Assembly: GCA_965223335.1 (NCBI GenBank)
Contig: OZ244991.1
Coordinates: 576,001 to 640,000, forward strand
Direction of reading: 5' to 3'
Length of the DNA stretch: 64,000 bases
Source of the DNA: Thermodesulfobacteriota bacterium
Lineage (GTDB): Bacteria; Desulfobacterota_D; UBA1144; Nemesobacterales; UBA2774
Shown here: in pieces, positions 1 to 8,897 of the stretch
Position numbering within the stretch: position 1 is the first letter of the stretch
Layout: each line of letters starts with the position of its first letter
Notes under the pieces: generated by a model
The model's database searches: none
The model's input: the letters and a program-made list of their open reading frames with translations, nothing else
Told to the model about the DNA's origin: nothing
Made by a program: the position numbers and the translations under genes

Positions 1-2
1 TT

Positions 3-1172
3 GCCCTCGAGACTAAACTAGGTAAGTTCAGAAACGCAATCAAACAAGAGAAACCCCTAGCAGAGCTAGTTGCTCTAAACACTGAGATCCAAACAGATCT
101 CGAGAGCGCAGCTGCGATGCTAAACCAAAAAGAGTCTGCCAGTGGCTACCTGGCTTTTGTAAACTCATTCTCAATTATTGTTAGAGAGGGGCTTGAAGCC
201 ATCTTGATTATAGCGGCCATTATTGCATTTCTGGGTGCAGCGAACTCAAGGCACCTGATCAAATATATTCATCTCGGATGGATATCGGCACTGGTTGCAG
301 GGTTTTTTACATGGCTCCTTGCCAAGACTGTGATCCATATAAGCGGGGCGCAAAGAGAGGTGATCGAGGGTGTCACGTCACTACTTGCTGCAGCGGTGCT
401 ATTTTATGTGAGCTACTGGCTAATTACCAAGATAGAGGTAAAGAAATGGAAGCAGTATATCCACGGCAAACTAGAAAAGGCACTTACTAAAAAGAGTGTC
501 ATAGCGCTTGCGAGTGTGTCGTTCTTTGCAGTCTACCGCGAGGCGTTTGAAACAGTTTTATTCTACCAGGCACTGTTTCACTCCGAGAGCGCAACCTCGT
601 CCATAATATGGGGTATAGTAGCGGGTGCGATTGTACTAGTAGCGCTTTGCTTCGTAATATTTAAGCTCGCCTATAAAATACCTCTCAAATACTTCTTCTC
701 GGTAACGAGCGTATTTCTCTATCTGCTGTCGTTTATACTACTCGGGAAGGGAATTAGAGAGCTCCAGGAAGCAGGGATGATTGATGTAACACCAGTTGTG
801 TTTTTGCCCCAGATAGACGTGCTCGGCGTTTATCCCACGGTTGAAACCGCCCTGCCGCAGGGCTTACTGCTGCTTGCATTTTTCTTTGGATTTGTTTGGA
901 TAGCGTATGTAACTCACGAGAGAGAAAAGAAAGAATTGGCAGTCAGTATCTCTCGTATAGCTGACGATATGAAAACAATGTCAACCGCTTTTGATCATAT
1001 AAAAGGGCATATCATCGAGTGGCGCAGGTGCGAAGAGATCGACCTTGAAGCAGAGGAACTCGACCGCCAGATCCACGACGTGATCGACCACGTAGATGAA
1101 CTAGAGAACAAGATCGGTGATTTTTATAATGTAGTATCCAAGACTAACGACCCGGTCACAAAAACTCACTAG
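3..1172 (+). CDS. FTR1-family iron permease (5' end outside window), with soluble C-terminal extension
   Basis: Frame open from position 3. Two RExxE motifs (REGLE, REAFE) in a multi-TM body; ends with a ~85 aa hydrophilic tail. Confidence 0.9.
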   Translation, partial: ALETKLGKFRNAIKQEKPLAELVALNTEIQTDLESAAAMLNQKESASGYLAFVNSFSIIVREGLEAILIIAAIIAFLGAANSRHLIKYIHLGWISALVAGFFTWLLAKTVIHISGAQREVIEGVTSLLAAAVLFYVSYWLITKIEVKKWKQYIHGKLEKALTKKSVIALASVSFFAVYREAFETVLFYQALFHSESATSSIIWGIVAGAIVLVALCFVIFKLAYKIPLKYFFSVTSVFLYLLSFILLGKGIRELQEAGMIDVTPVVFLPQIDVLGVYPTVETALPQGLLLLAFFFGFVWIAYVTHEREKKELAVSISRIADDMKTMSTAFDHIKGHIIEWRRCEEIDLEAEELDRQIHDVIDHVDELENKIGDFYNVVSKTNDPVTKTH

Positions 1173-1206
1173 CTATAAATCCCACAATTCCTCCCCCCTG
1201 CTCGCC

Positions 1207-1234
1207 TTGCCTAAAAAATATGAAGCTTTACACT
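1207..1234 (+). promoter_or_regulatory. Putative sigma70 promoter of queC (possibly leaderless)
   Basis: TTGCCT-16 nt-TACACT; ATG follows 7 nt after the -10 element; no SD. Confidence 0.4.
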
Positions 1235-1241
1235 TAAAGCT

Positions 1242-1916
1242 ATGGCCAATACAGCAGTGATAATACTATCCGGTGGGATCGACAGCTCCACTCTACTCTA
1301 CGAATCCATTAATAAGGGATTTAACCCACACGTACTCACATTCAATTACGGCCAGAGACACATAAAAGAGATCGAGTCTGCTAAAACCATATGTGAGCAC
1401 CTAGGCATACCACATAAAGTAGTCGACATCTCAGACATTAATGCTCTTATGAAAGGCTCTGCCCTTACAGACACCGATGTCGATGTGCCCGAGGTACCGG
1501 AAACAGTTGAGCACTTTGACACTCTAACAACTACTATAGTGCCCAACAGAAACGCCGTGTTTTTATCCATAGCTATTGCATATGCGGTCAGTATAGGGGC
1601 CCAGCACGTCTATTTCGGGGCGCATCACTCGGACCGCGGCGTGTATCCGGACTGCAGAAAAGAGTTCATAGATGCATTCCAGACATCCGAGAGGTTGGCA
1701 ACTGATAACCCGGACCTAATCATTGAAGCTCCCTTTGTAGATCTGGATAAGTCCGACATAGTAGCCTGGGGATCAAAACTCGGAGTACCGTTCGAGCTCA
1801 CATGGACATGCTATAACGGCGGGGAGCGCCACTGTGGAAAATGCTCATCGTGTAGAGAGCGTCAACGTGCTTTTAGGGAAGCGGGGGTAAGCGACCCCAC
1901 AGAGTATCAAGAATGA
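1242..1916 (+). CDS. queC: 7-cyano-7-deazaguanine synthase
   Basis: SGGIDS, YGQRH, VPNRN, YPDCR, Zn motif C-x8-CGKCSSC. Confidence 0.95.
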   Translation: MANTAVIILSGGIDSSTLLYESINKGFNPHVLTFNYGQRHIKEIESAKTICEHLGIPHKVVDISDINALMKGSALTDTDVDVPEVPETVEHFDTLTTTIVPNRNAVFLSIAIAYAVSIGAQHVYFGAHHSDRGVYPDCRKEFIDAFQTSERLATDNPDLIIEAPFVDLDKSDIVAWGSKLGVPFELTWTCYNGGERHCGKCSSCRERQRAFREAGVSDPTEYQE

Positions 1917-2554
1917 AAATAAGTGAGATTTTTTATTCGATACAGGGCGAGGGCATACAGATGGGACTACCCACTGTATTCGTCCGCCTGTTCTCGTGTG
2001 ATCTAAGGTGTTCATGGTGCGATACCATGTATGCAGTCGAGGGACGGGACCTGAAAGACATGTCAGTCACAGAGGTCGAAAATGACATAAGCCTTTATGC
2101 TTGTAAAAGGGTATGTCTGACCGGAGGAGAACCCCTAATACAAAAAGACGAACTTGTTCTTCTCGCCCAGAACTTATTAGACAAAGATTATAGTTTGGTT
2201 CTTGAAACCAGCGGTCACAAAACCCCTCCATCTGTATTTTGGACTGAGCGATGTTTGATCAGTATGGACTGCAAATGCCCAAGCTCAAACATGCAAGACA
2301 AAATGGATTTCGAACTGTTTTTAAAACTACGACCCACTGACCAGCTTAAGTTTGTGATCAAAGACCAAGCAGATTACGAATATGCTCGAGGTGTGTTAGA
2401 GCGCCACGCGATAAAAACCAATATCGTATTCCAAACAGTAGACTCTCAAAACCCGGGGTGGCTCGCAGACAATATAATCCAGGACGGCCTCCAAGGAGTC
2501 CGACTACTCCCCCAATTCCACAAGATTATGTGGGGAGCCGTTCGTGGTGTATAA
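1913..2554 (+). CDS. queE: 7-carboxy-7-deazaguanine synthase (radical SAM)
   Basis: EIFYSIQGEG, CDLRCSWCDT (CxxxCxxC), TGGEP, PQFHK; ATGA overlap with queC. Confidence 0.93.
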   Translation: MKISEIFYSIQGEGIQMGLPTVFVRLFSCDLRCSWCDTMYAVEGRDLKDMSVTEVENDISLYACKRVCLTGGEPLIQKDELVLLAQNLLDKDYSLVLETSGHKTPPSVFWTERCLISMDCKCPSSNMQDKMDFELFLKLRPTDQLKFVIKDQADYEYARGVLERHAIKTNIVFQTVDSQNPGWLADNIIQDGLQGVRLLPQFHKIMWGAVRGV

Positions 2555-2608
2555 TATATGGTGTGGGGTAGAAGATAGGGAAGCCTTATTTATTTTTCGA
2601 TCCTAACA

Positions 2609-2617
2609 TGTTATAAT
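2609..2617 (+). promoter_or_regulatory. Extended -10 promoter element for the methyltransferase gene
   Basis: TGTTATAAT upstream of GGAGG SD and ATG 2663. Confidence 0.5.
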
Positions 2618-2662
2618 CGGGTTTGCTCAAATGACAGGGCCGAATAGGTCCGGAGGCGTATT

Positions 2663-3526
2663 ATGGACGATATAAAAAAGAATTTTGATTACGAGCCGTT
2701 TTCTGAGACAGAAGAGTATAGAAAGGTTAATGGCGATATTATTCGCGGTTGGATAGAGATAATTTCAGACACCAGGAACAATGGCGTAGACCGTTTACTC
2801 GACATTGCAACGGGTGCGGGCACCATGGTACAGCTCGTTTTTGATCAACTGCCGACGAGATGGAAAGAGGCTGCCGTAATGTGTTTGGACCAGTCGGCCG
2901 AAGCGCTTAAACTAGCACAGATGAAGCTTGAAAAAACCGTCGATAAAATAAAGTTAGTTCACTCTTCGGTAGAGAACATGACGATTGATGATCAGAGTGT
3001 GGACGTGGCGGTTTGGGGTAACGGTATCCATTATCTGAGTGAAGAAGATCAGCTCTCGAGCGTTAAAAGAATCAAGAAAGCACTTAAACCAGGCGGGTTA
3101 TTTTTCTTTAACACTGCATTTTACGAAGAGGCCAGACCCGCCGAAACACTGCCATTTTACCGTACACAGGTTAAAAACGCTGTGAACCATCTGAGGAAAC
3201 AGGGCATATCTAGGGAAAAGAGCGATACCAGGACCCAAGCTGCAAAGTTCTTGCCCAGATCCTATTATGAAGATCTCGTAGAGGACGCGGGGTTTAAGCT
3301 TGTAGAAGCGAAAGAATACGCTGTAGAGATGTACCAAGAAGCCTGGGAATACATAAGCGGGTTCCAACAGTACGCAGGTGGTGCACTCCGTGGGTACCCC
3401 ATTGATGACGCCGTACGTGCTATGACAGAAGCAGTGGAACCGGCACTTGTCCAACACGGTGACAGGGACAAAGAAGGTAAACCCTACATCACGCGTAAAT
3501 GGCTTGCCATCAGCGCTCAGGCGTAA
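2663..3526 (+). CDS. Class I SAM-dependent methyltransferase, substrate unknown
   Basis: Motif I LLDIATGAG, acidic residue after strand 2 (CLDQS), LKPGG; GGAGG SD. Confidence 0.85.
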   Translation: MDDIKKNFDYEPFSETEEYRKVNGDIIRGWIEIISDTRNNGVDRLLDIATGAGTMVQLVFDQLPTRWKEAAVMCLDQSAEALKLAQMKLEKTVDKIKLVHSSVENMTIDDQSVDVAVWGNGIHYLSEEDQLSSVKRIKKALKPGGLFFFNTAFYEEARPAETLPFYRTQVKNAVNHLRKQGISREKSDTRTQAAKFLPRSYYEDLVEDAGFKLVEAKEYAVEMYQEAWEYISGFQQYAGGALRGYPIDDAVRAMTEAVEPALVQHGDRDKEGKPYITRKWLAISAQA

Positions 3527-3586
3527 CCATCCTATATTTACCAGTCTCCATATATTAGCTATTGGTTAGTAAGTGAGAGCTGTGCA

Positions 3587-4936
3587 CTACTGCAAGTTAT
3601 AGTAGTCAAGACCAAGGTGCGTTATCAGGTCCTCACCCTTTAGGTACCGTAGAGTGTTTTTAAGCTTCATAAGCTGTATAAAAACATCGTGCTCGGGGTA
3701 GAGATCCGGGGCATGCATCGGGCTCTTAAAATAGAAAGACAACCACTCCTGTATACCGCTAAATCTGCAACGCTTTGCCAGATCCAAAAACAACACCAGA
3801 TCTAATACTATGGGAGCTGCAAGAATGCTGTCCCTGCAAAGGAAATTAACCTTAATCTGCATTGGGTACCCTAGCCACCCGAATATATCTATATTATCCC
3901 ACGCCTCTTTGGCATCGCCTCGGGGCGGGTAATAATTTATCCTCACCTTGTGATAGTAGTCTGAATATAGGTCTGGGTAGAGGTCGGGCTGGAAAATATA
4001 GTCCAACACACCTAGTTTGCTTTCCTCTTTAGTTTTAAACGAGTAGGGATCGTCCAGGACCTCGCCATCCCTATTGCCCAGCACATTTGTCGAGAACCAA
4101 CCGTTTAACCCAATCATCCGGCTCTTTAGTCCCGGGGCAATAATAGTTTTCATAAGGGTCTGTCCTGTCTTAAAGTCCTTGCCGGCAATAGGCACCTTGT
4201 GTTTCTTGGCAAGATCTACCAGAGCGGGAACATCGGCCGAGAGGTTAGGCGCACCGTTCGCATATGGGACACCGCACTTGATCGCCGCATAAGCATAGAT
4301 CATGCTGGGCGGTATAGCGGGGTCGTTATTTTTTAGTCCCCTCTCAAATGAAGTAATGGAGTTATGCACCTTGGTGGGCTGGATATACACCTCTGTACTC
4401 CCGCACCACACCATAACCAGACGGCTTAGTCGGTTTTGTTTTTTAAAGTCCTTTATATCATCTATGAGTTGGAGGGCAAGGTCCATCTTTGTCTTTCCGC
4501 GTTTAAGATGTCTGCCGTTTAGGTTTTTTACATACTTGCGGCTAAAAACCGCTTTCATGGGAGCATTTTGATCGAGCTCAGTCTTTAGTTCACCCAGAAT
4601 CTCTCGGTCCAACACCCCTGCTTTTAATGCTGCTTCATAGCAGTTGTCGGGGAATATATCCCAGCCCCCGAACACCAGGTCTTGGGGTTCGGCCAGGGGA
4701 ATAAAATCCTTTATGAGCGGTGCCTTCTTTTCAGTCCTCTTACCCAGCCTAATTGTGCCCAGCTGTGTGAGTGATCCAATCGGTTTGCCCAGGCCTTGCT
4801 TTATGGCCTCTACTCCCGCAACAAAGGTGGTGCTCACAGCCCCACTCATACCGGGGAGCAGCACTCCGAGTCTGCCGGTGGGGGACTTGATTGTTTTGGA
4901 TTTGACCTTAGTCGATTTAGTGCGTTTGGCTGGCAA
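3587..4936 (-). CDS. ino1: myo-inositol-1(3)-phosphate synthase
   Basis: GGWD, WCGSTE, NGAP, GKDFKTGQT, NVLGNRDG, DSILAAP, FYFKSP motifs of MIPS. Confidence 0.93.
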   Translation of the reverse strand: MPAKRTKSTKVKSKTIKSPTGRLGVLLPGMSGAVSTTFVAGVEAIKQGLGKPIGSLTQLGTIRLGKRTEKKAPLIKDFIPLAEPQDLVFGGWDIFPDNCYEAALKAGVLDREILGELKTELDQNAPMKAVFSRKYVKNLNGRHLKRGKTKMDLALQLIDDIKDFKKQNRLSRLVMVWCGSTEVYIQPTKVHNSITSFERGLKNNDPAIPPSMIYAYAAIKCGVPYANGAPNLSADVPALVDLAKKHKVPIAGKDFKTGQTLMKTIIAPGLKSRMIGLNGWFSTNVLGNRDGEVLDDPYSFKTKEESKLGVLDYIFQPDLYPDLYSDYYHKVRINYYPPRGDAKEAWDNIDIFGWLGYPMQIKVNFLCRDSILAAPIVLDLVLFLDLAKRCRFSGIQEWLSFYFKSPMHAPDLYPEHDVFIQLMKLKNTLRYLKGEDLITHLGLDYYNLQ

Positions 4937-4944
4937 TATGGAAA

Positions 4945-5337
4945 TTACCTCTTAGAGAACTGCTGTCCGCGTCTTGCCTTTTTGAGACCGTATTTTTTCC
5001 TCTCTACCATCCTCGGGTCTCTTCTAAGCAGCCCTGCCGTTTTAAGTGGTTGCCTGAATGTTTCGTCAGCTTTGGTTAGCGCTCTGGATAGCCCATGGCG
5101 TACCGCACCTGCCTGGCCCGTAAGACCGCCGCCCTTAACATCTATATGCACATTATATTTGCCGTCGGTCTGTGTAACCTTAAGCGGCTCCAGTGCATGC
5201 ACCCTCCATGCCTCTCTGGGAAAGTAATCTTCCACACCCCTTTTATTTACAGATATATTTCCATCCCCCGGGCGTAACCACACTCTGGCGATAGATGTTT
5301 TCCGTCTTCCGGTTCCGTAATATACTACTTCTGCCAT
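4945..5337 (-). CDS. rpsI: 30S ribosomal protein S9
   Basis: [28 protein letters not shown]...QFSKR. Confidence 0.98.
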   Translation of the reverse strand: MAEVVYYGTGRRKTSIARVWLRPGDGNISVNKRGVEDYFPREAWRVHALEPLKVTQTDGKYNVHIDVKGGGLTGQAGAVRHGLSRALTKADETFRQPLKTAGLLRRDPRMVERKKYGLKKARRGQQFSKR

Positions 5338-5343
5338 CTTCTA

Positions 5344-5775
5344 TTAAACCTCCAAAATTTCAGGTTTTTGAGGAGCGTGTGGGTGATCCTGCCCTGCATA
5401 CACCTTTAGTCTGGTTATTAGTTTTTTCTGAGTCCTATTTTTCGGCAACATCCCGTACACTGCTTTTCTAAGAATCTCTCCCGGTTTTTTCTTTTGCAGA
5501 TCCTCTGCCGTGATAGATTTTATGCCACCCGGGTAATTACTGTGCGAGTAGTACGTTTTCTGCGACCATTTCTTACCGGTAAAGTTTACCTTATCGGCGT
5601 TAACCACGATAACAAAGTCGCCTGTGTCCGCATGCGGGGTAAACGTAGGTTTATTCTTTCCCCTAAGTGTCATCGCAATCTTTGTTGCAATCCTGCCTAC
5701 GGTCTTGCCTTGGGCATCGATTAAGTACCATTTTTTCTGATCTATGTCCTGCTTTTTAGCCATATAGCTTTTCAT
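5344..5775 (-). CDS. rplM: 50S ribosomal protein L13
   Basis: GKNKPTFTPHADTGD, YPGG, GMLPKN. Start moved to ATG 5775 because the TTG at 5823 lies inside the promoter. Confidence 0.97.
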   Translation of the reverse strand: MKSYMAKKQDIDQKKWYLIDAQGKTVGRIATKIAMTLRGKNKPTFTPHADTGDFVIVVNADKVNFTGKKWSQKTYYSHSNYPGGIKSITAEDLQKKKPGEILRKAVYGMLPKNRTQKKLITRLKVYAGQDHPHAPQKPEILEV

Positions 5776-5813
5776 TTCACACACCTTAAAAAAATTAAAT
5801 GAGTAAGCAGCTA

Positions 5814-5841
5814 AATTTACCAATTGTTATAAGAATGTCAA
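5814..5841 (-). promoter_or_regulatory. sigma70 promoter of rplM-rpsI(-ino1)
   Basis: Minus strand TTGACA-16 nt-TAAATT with TG extension. Confidence 0.6.
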
Positions 5842-5954
5842 GCGGTTTAGTACTGCTACCAGATTTAGTATACCGACCCATTATTTCACGCTCTGATTGG
5901 TCTTGAGTAGTTAAAATGATATACTCAGTACCTACAAAGTATACACATTATACA

Positions 5955-7442
5955 ATGAAAGCCACTGCAAATAATAGACCAGAGGGCTGGAAGCGTGAAT
6001 TCTCCGGCAAACTACAAAACATACTCAGTGTAGACAGGTTCATATCTTCCGAAGACGAGCTCCTCGTATACGAGTGTGATGGGCTATCGGGCTACAGAGT
6101 AAAACCCATTTTCGTCGTACTGCCCGAGACAGCCCAAGAGGTTTCACAAGTCATCAAGCTCTGTAACCAATACGATGTACCGTTTGTACCCAGAGGGGCA
6201 GGTACGGGGCTCTCGGGAGGGGCACTGCCCACAGAAGAGGGCATTGTGATATCACTTGCGAAAATGAATAAGATCCTAGAGGTCGACATACCCAACAGAT
6301 ACGTAGTAGTAGAGCCCGGTGTGGTAAACCTGTGGGTAACCGACGCTGTCAGCCAAAGCGGTTACTACTACGCACCCGACCCCTCGAGTCAGGTCGTTTG
6401 TACGATCGGGGGCAATGTAGCCGAGAACTCGGGCGGGGTTCACTGCCTTAAATACGGGGTTACCACCAACCATGTGCTCGGGCTCGAGATGGTGCTGCCC
6501 AACGGAGAGATAATCGAGGTCGGTGGGAAAACACAGGACACTCCCGGGTACGATCTACTGGGGCTCACAGTGGGGTCCGAGGGGCTATTGGGCATTGTTA
6601 CGAAAGTAATCTTAAAAATCATCAGAAAACCCGAAGCTGTTAAAACCATATTGGCCTCTTTTGACATGATCGAAGACGCAGGGGCCTCAGTGTCGGGGAT
6701 AACTGCAAGCGGCGTGATCCCGGCAGGGATGGAGATCATGGACAGCCTGAGCATTAAATCTGTCGAAGAGATCATCGGCGCGGGCTATCCCAAAGATGCA
6801 GGTGCCATACTGCTAATAGAGCTTGACGGCCCCGGTGCAGAGGTCGAGGCACATCTGCCGATCGTGGAGCAGGTGCTGGCTCAAAACAATGCAAAAGAGA
6901 TAAAAATCGCCAAAGACTCACGAGAGCGAGAGCTCTTTTGGAAAGGACGCAAGAGTGCATTCCCCGCAATGGGCCGAATAAGCCCCGATTACTATGTGCA
7001 GGACGGGGTAATCCCCCGGAGCAAGCTTGCCTGGGTGCTGGGCAAGATAGGGGAACTCAGCAGTGAGTACGGCCTTCGGGTGGCAAACGTGTTCCATGCA
7101 GGCGACGGCAACCTACACCCGCTTATACTCTATGATTCCAATGTGGAAGGCGACCATGAAAAAGCTGAGAAATTGGCAGGAGAGATCCTAGAGGTATGTG
7201 TAAAATCGGGCGGCAGTATTACCGGTGAGCACGGTGTCGGGGTCGATAAGAAGAGGTTTCTGTCCTTAATGTTTAAAGAAGAGGACATCGATACGATGAA
7301 CCTAATAAGGTGCTCGTTTGACCCCAAGGGGCTATGCAACCCCGGCAAGGTGTTCCCAACTCCGCGTACCTGTGTCGAGCCCGATCTAAAACCACAAGAC
7401 CACAAGAGAATACACCCTCCTGAGATGGGCGAGATGTACTGA
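5955..7442 (+). CDS. glcD: Glycolate oxidase FAD-linked subunit
   Basis: RGAGTGLSGG, PDPSS, HCLKYG, FHAGDGNLHP, GEHGVG, NPGK. Start 5955 or 5916. Confidence 0.92.
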   Translation: MKATANNRPEGWKREFSGKLQNILSVDRFISSEDELLVYECDGLSGYRVKPIFVVLPETAQEVSQVIKLCNQYDVPFVPRGAGTGLSGGALPTEEGIVISLAKMNKILEVDIPNRYVVVEPGVVNLWVTDAVSQSGYYYAPDPSSQVVCTIGGNVAENSGGVHCLKYGVTTNHVLGLEMVLPNGEIIEVGGKTQDTPGYDLLGLTVGSEGLLGIVTKVILKIIRKPEAVKTILASFDMIEDAGASVSGITASGVIPAGMEIMDSLSIKSVEEIIGAGYPKDAGAILLIELDGPGAEVEAHLPIVEQVLAQNNAKEIKIAKDSRERELFWKGRKSAFPAMGRISPDYYVQDGVIPRSKLAWVLGKIGELSSEYGLRVANVFHAGDGNLHPLILYDSNVEGDHEKAEKLAGEILEVCVKSGGSITGEHGVGVDKKRFLSLMFKEEDIDTMNLIRCSFDPKGLCNPGKVFPTPRTCVEPDLKPQDHKRIHPPEMGEMY

Positions 7443-7472
7443 TCCCCCTTCTCAAACAGAAAAGAGAAAAAA

Positions 7473-8801
7473 GTGTCCAAACAAAACATATTCGATGAGC
7501 TTAGCAACATAGCAGGGAGTGATAATGTAAAGGATCTCGATGCCCACGAGGATATCTACCCTAGGATTAGCAGTAGAGATTCTATAGCTGTGTTCCCGAA
7601 TACCGTTACGGAAGTCTCAGAGATACTTAAATTTGCGAATAAAGATTCTCTAACCCTATGCCCTCTAGGCGCAGGATCAAAAATGGGATATGGCATTTCG
7701 AAGAGCACCCCTTCTGTACTATTATCACTTTCGGATCTAAATAAGGAATTTGAACATAATGCAAACGATCTAGTCGCAACAGGGGCAGCGGGTATCGCGC
7801 TTAATGAGTTTCAATCCAGGCTGCGAACCGACGGACAACTACTACCTCTAGATCCCCCCTCGGCACAATCATGCACGCTTGGCGGCTTGGTGGCATCGAA
7901 CCAGAACGGGCCCATGAGGCTTCGTTATGGCACAGTGCGCGAGCTCCTCATAGGCATTCAGATTGTACGGGCCGACGGCACTGTGGCAAGGGGCGGGGCC
8001 AAGGTTGTAAAAAACGTTGCCGGCTACGACCTGCCCAAACTTCTCACGGGCTCTATGGGCACACTGGGTGTAATAACCGAGACCACATGGAGACTCCACC
8101 CCCGGCAGGAATCATCTAAAACCTACATCGCAACTTTCGCAAAATTACAAAAAGCACACGAGACCGTGATGGCTTTGCTCGACTCTGATTTAGTCTTAAC
8201 CTGCTTAGAGGTCATAGAACCCAACCTGACCCACGAAATATCAAATAAATTAGATCTGGGTATTAAAAAGAACCGGTACTCCTTGGCTGTAAGGATTGAT
8301 AACGTAGAGAAAGCCGTGGATGACCAAATGAACACCGTTGTCAAGATCTGCAACAAAAACAGGGGACAAGGTTTAACGCTTGAAAGCCAATCGGAGAGTG
8401 ATTTTTGGGATAATGCTCGCAGCTATACGATCGGGCTTGAAGATGAATGGGTGGTTTGTAGCGCCGGGGTGCTTATAACGGATGTCCCGCATATATTGGA
8501 ATCACTCACCGAGGCCTCCCGCGATATGGGCATTTCGGTCCGTGCATCCTCACGGGCCGCAAACGGCTCTGTAACGATTGCACTACATCATGAGGACACT
8601 GAGGATCTCAAGAGAGCCGTCTTACTTCTACGCACAAAAGCTACCGCGCTCGGGGGACACCTTATAATTACCTCCCTGCCGCTTACTATGGATTCGGGCC
8701 CCGACCCGTGGGGTGATCTCGGTAGTTCCACAACCACAATGAGGCTCCTAAAATCCAATTTCGATCCCAACAACATACTTAATCCCCATATCTATTTTTG
8801 A
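7473..8801 (+). CDS. glcE: Glycolate oxidase FAD-binding subunit
   Basis: LDPP, TLGG...GPMRLRYG, GAKVVKNVAGYDL, FDPNNILNP; lies between glcD and glcF. Confidence 0.88.
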   Translation: MSKQNIFDELSNIAGSDNVKDLDAHEDIYPRISSRDSIAVFPNTVTEVSEILKFANKDSLTLCPLGAGSKMGYGISKSTPSVLLSLSDLNKEFEHNANDLVATGAAGIALNEFQSRLRTDGQLLPLDPPSAQSCTLGGLVASNQNGPMRLRYGTVRELLIGIQIVRADGTVARGGAKVVKNVAGYDLPKLLTGSMGTLGVITETTWRLHPRQESSKTYIATFAKLQKAHETVMALLDSDLVLTCLEVIEPNLTHEISNKLDLGIKKNRYSLAVRIDNVEKAVDDQMNTVVKICNKNRGQGLTLESQSESDFWDNARSYTIGLEDEWVVCSAGVLITDVPHILESLTEASRDMGISVRASSRAANGSVTIALHHEDTEDLKRAVLLLRTKATALGGHLIITSLPLTMDSGPDPWGDLGSSTTTMRLLKSNFDPNNILNPHIYF

Positions 8802-8897
8802 TTGATCACCGACCATTATCTACTTACTTGAACTATATTAATAGGCGGGTTACGATAATTTCGCATTTTATTAAGTAGGAGTATATTTACTCAAAGT

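Noticed and set aside
1173..1241. preQ1 riboswitch upstream of queC
   Set aside because: No recognisable preQ1 stem-loop plus A-rich tail; the space is taken by a promoter-like element ending 7 nt before the ATG.
2549..2564. NrdR-box-like GTATAATATATGGTGT
   Set aside because: Single copy overlapping the queE stop codon; NrdR boxes are usually tandem and precede nucleotide reductase genes.
5776..5823. N-terminal extension of RplM in the ORF track
   Set aside because: The TTG start lies within the predicted promoter; L13 homology begins at ATG 5775.
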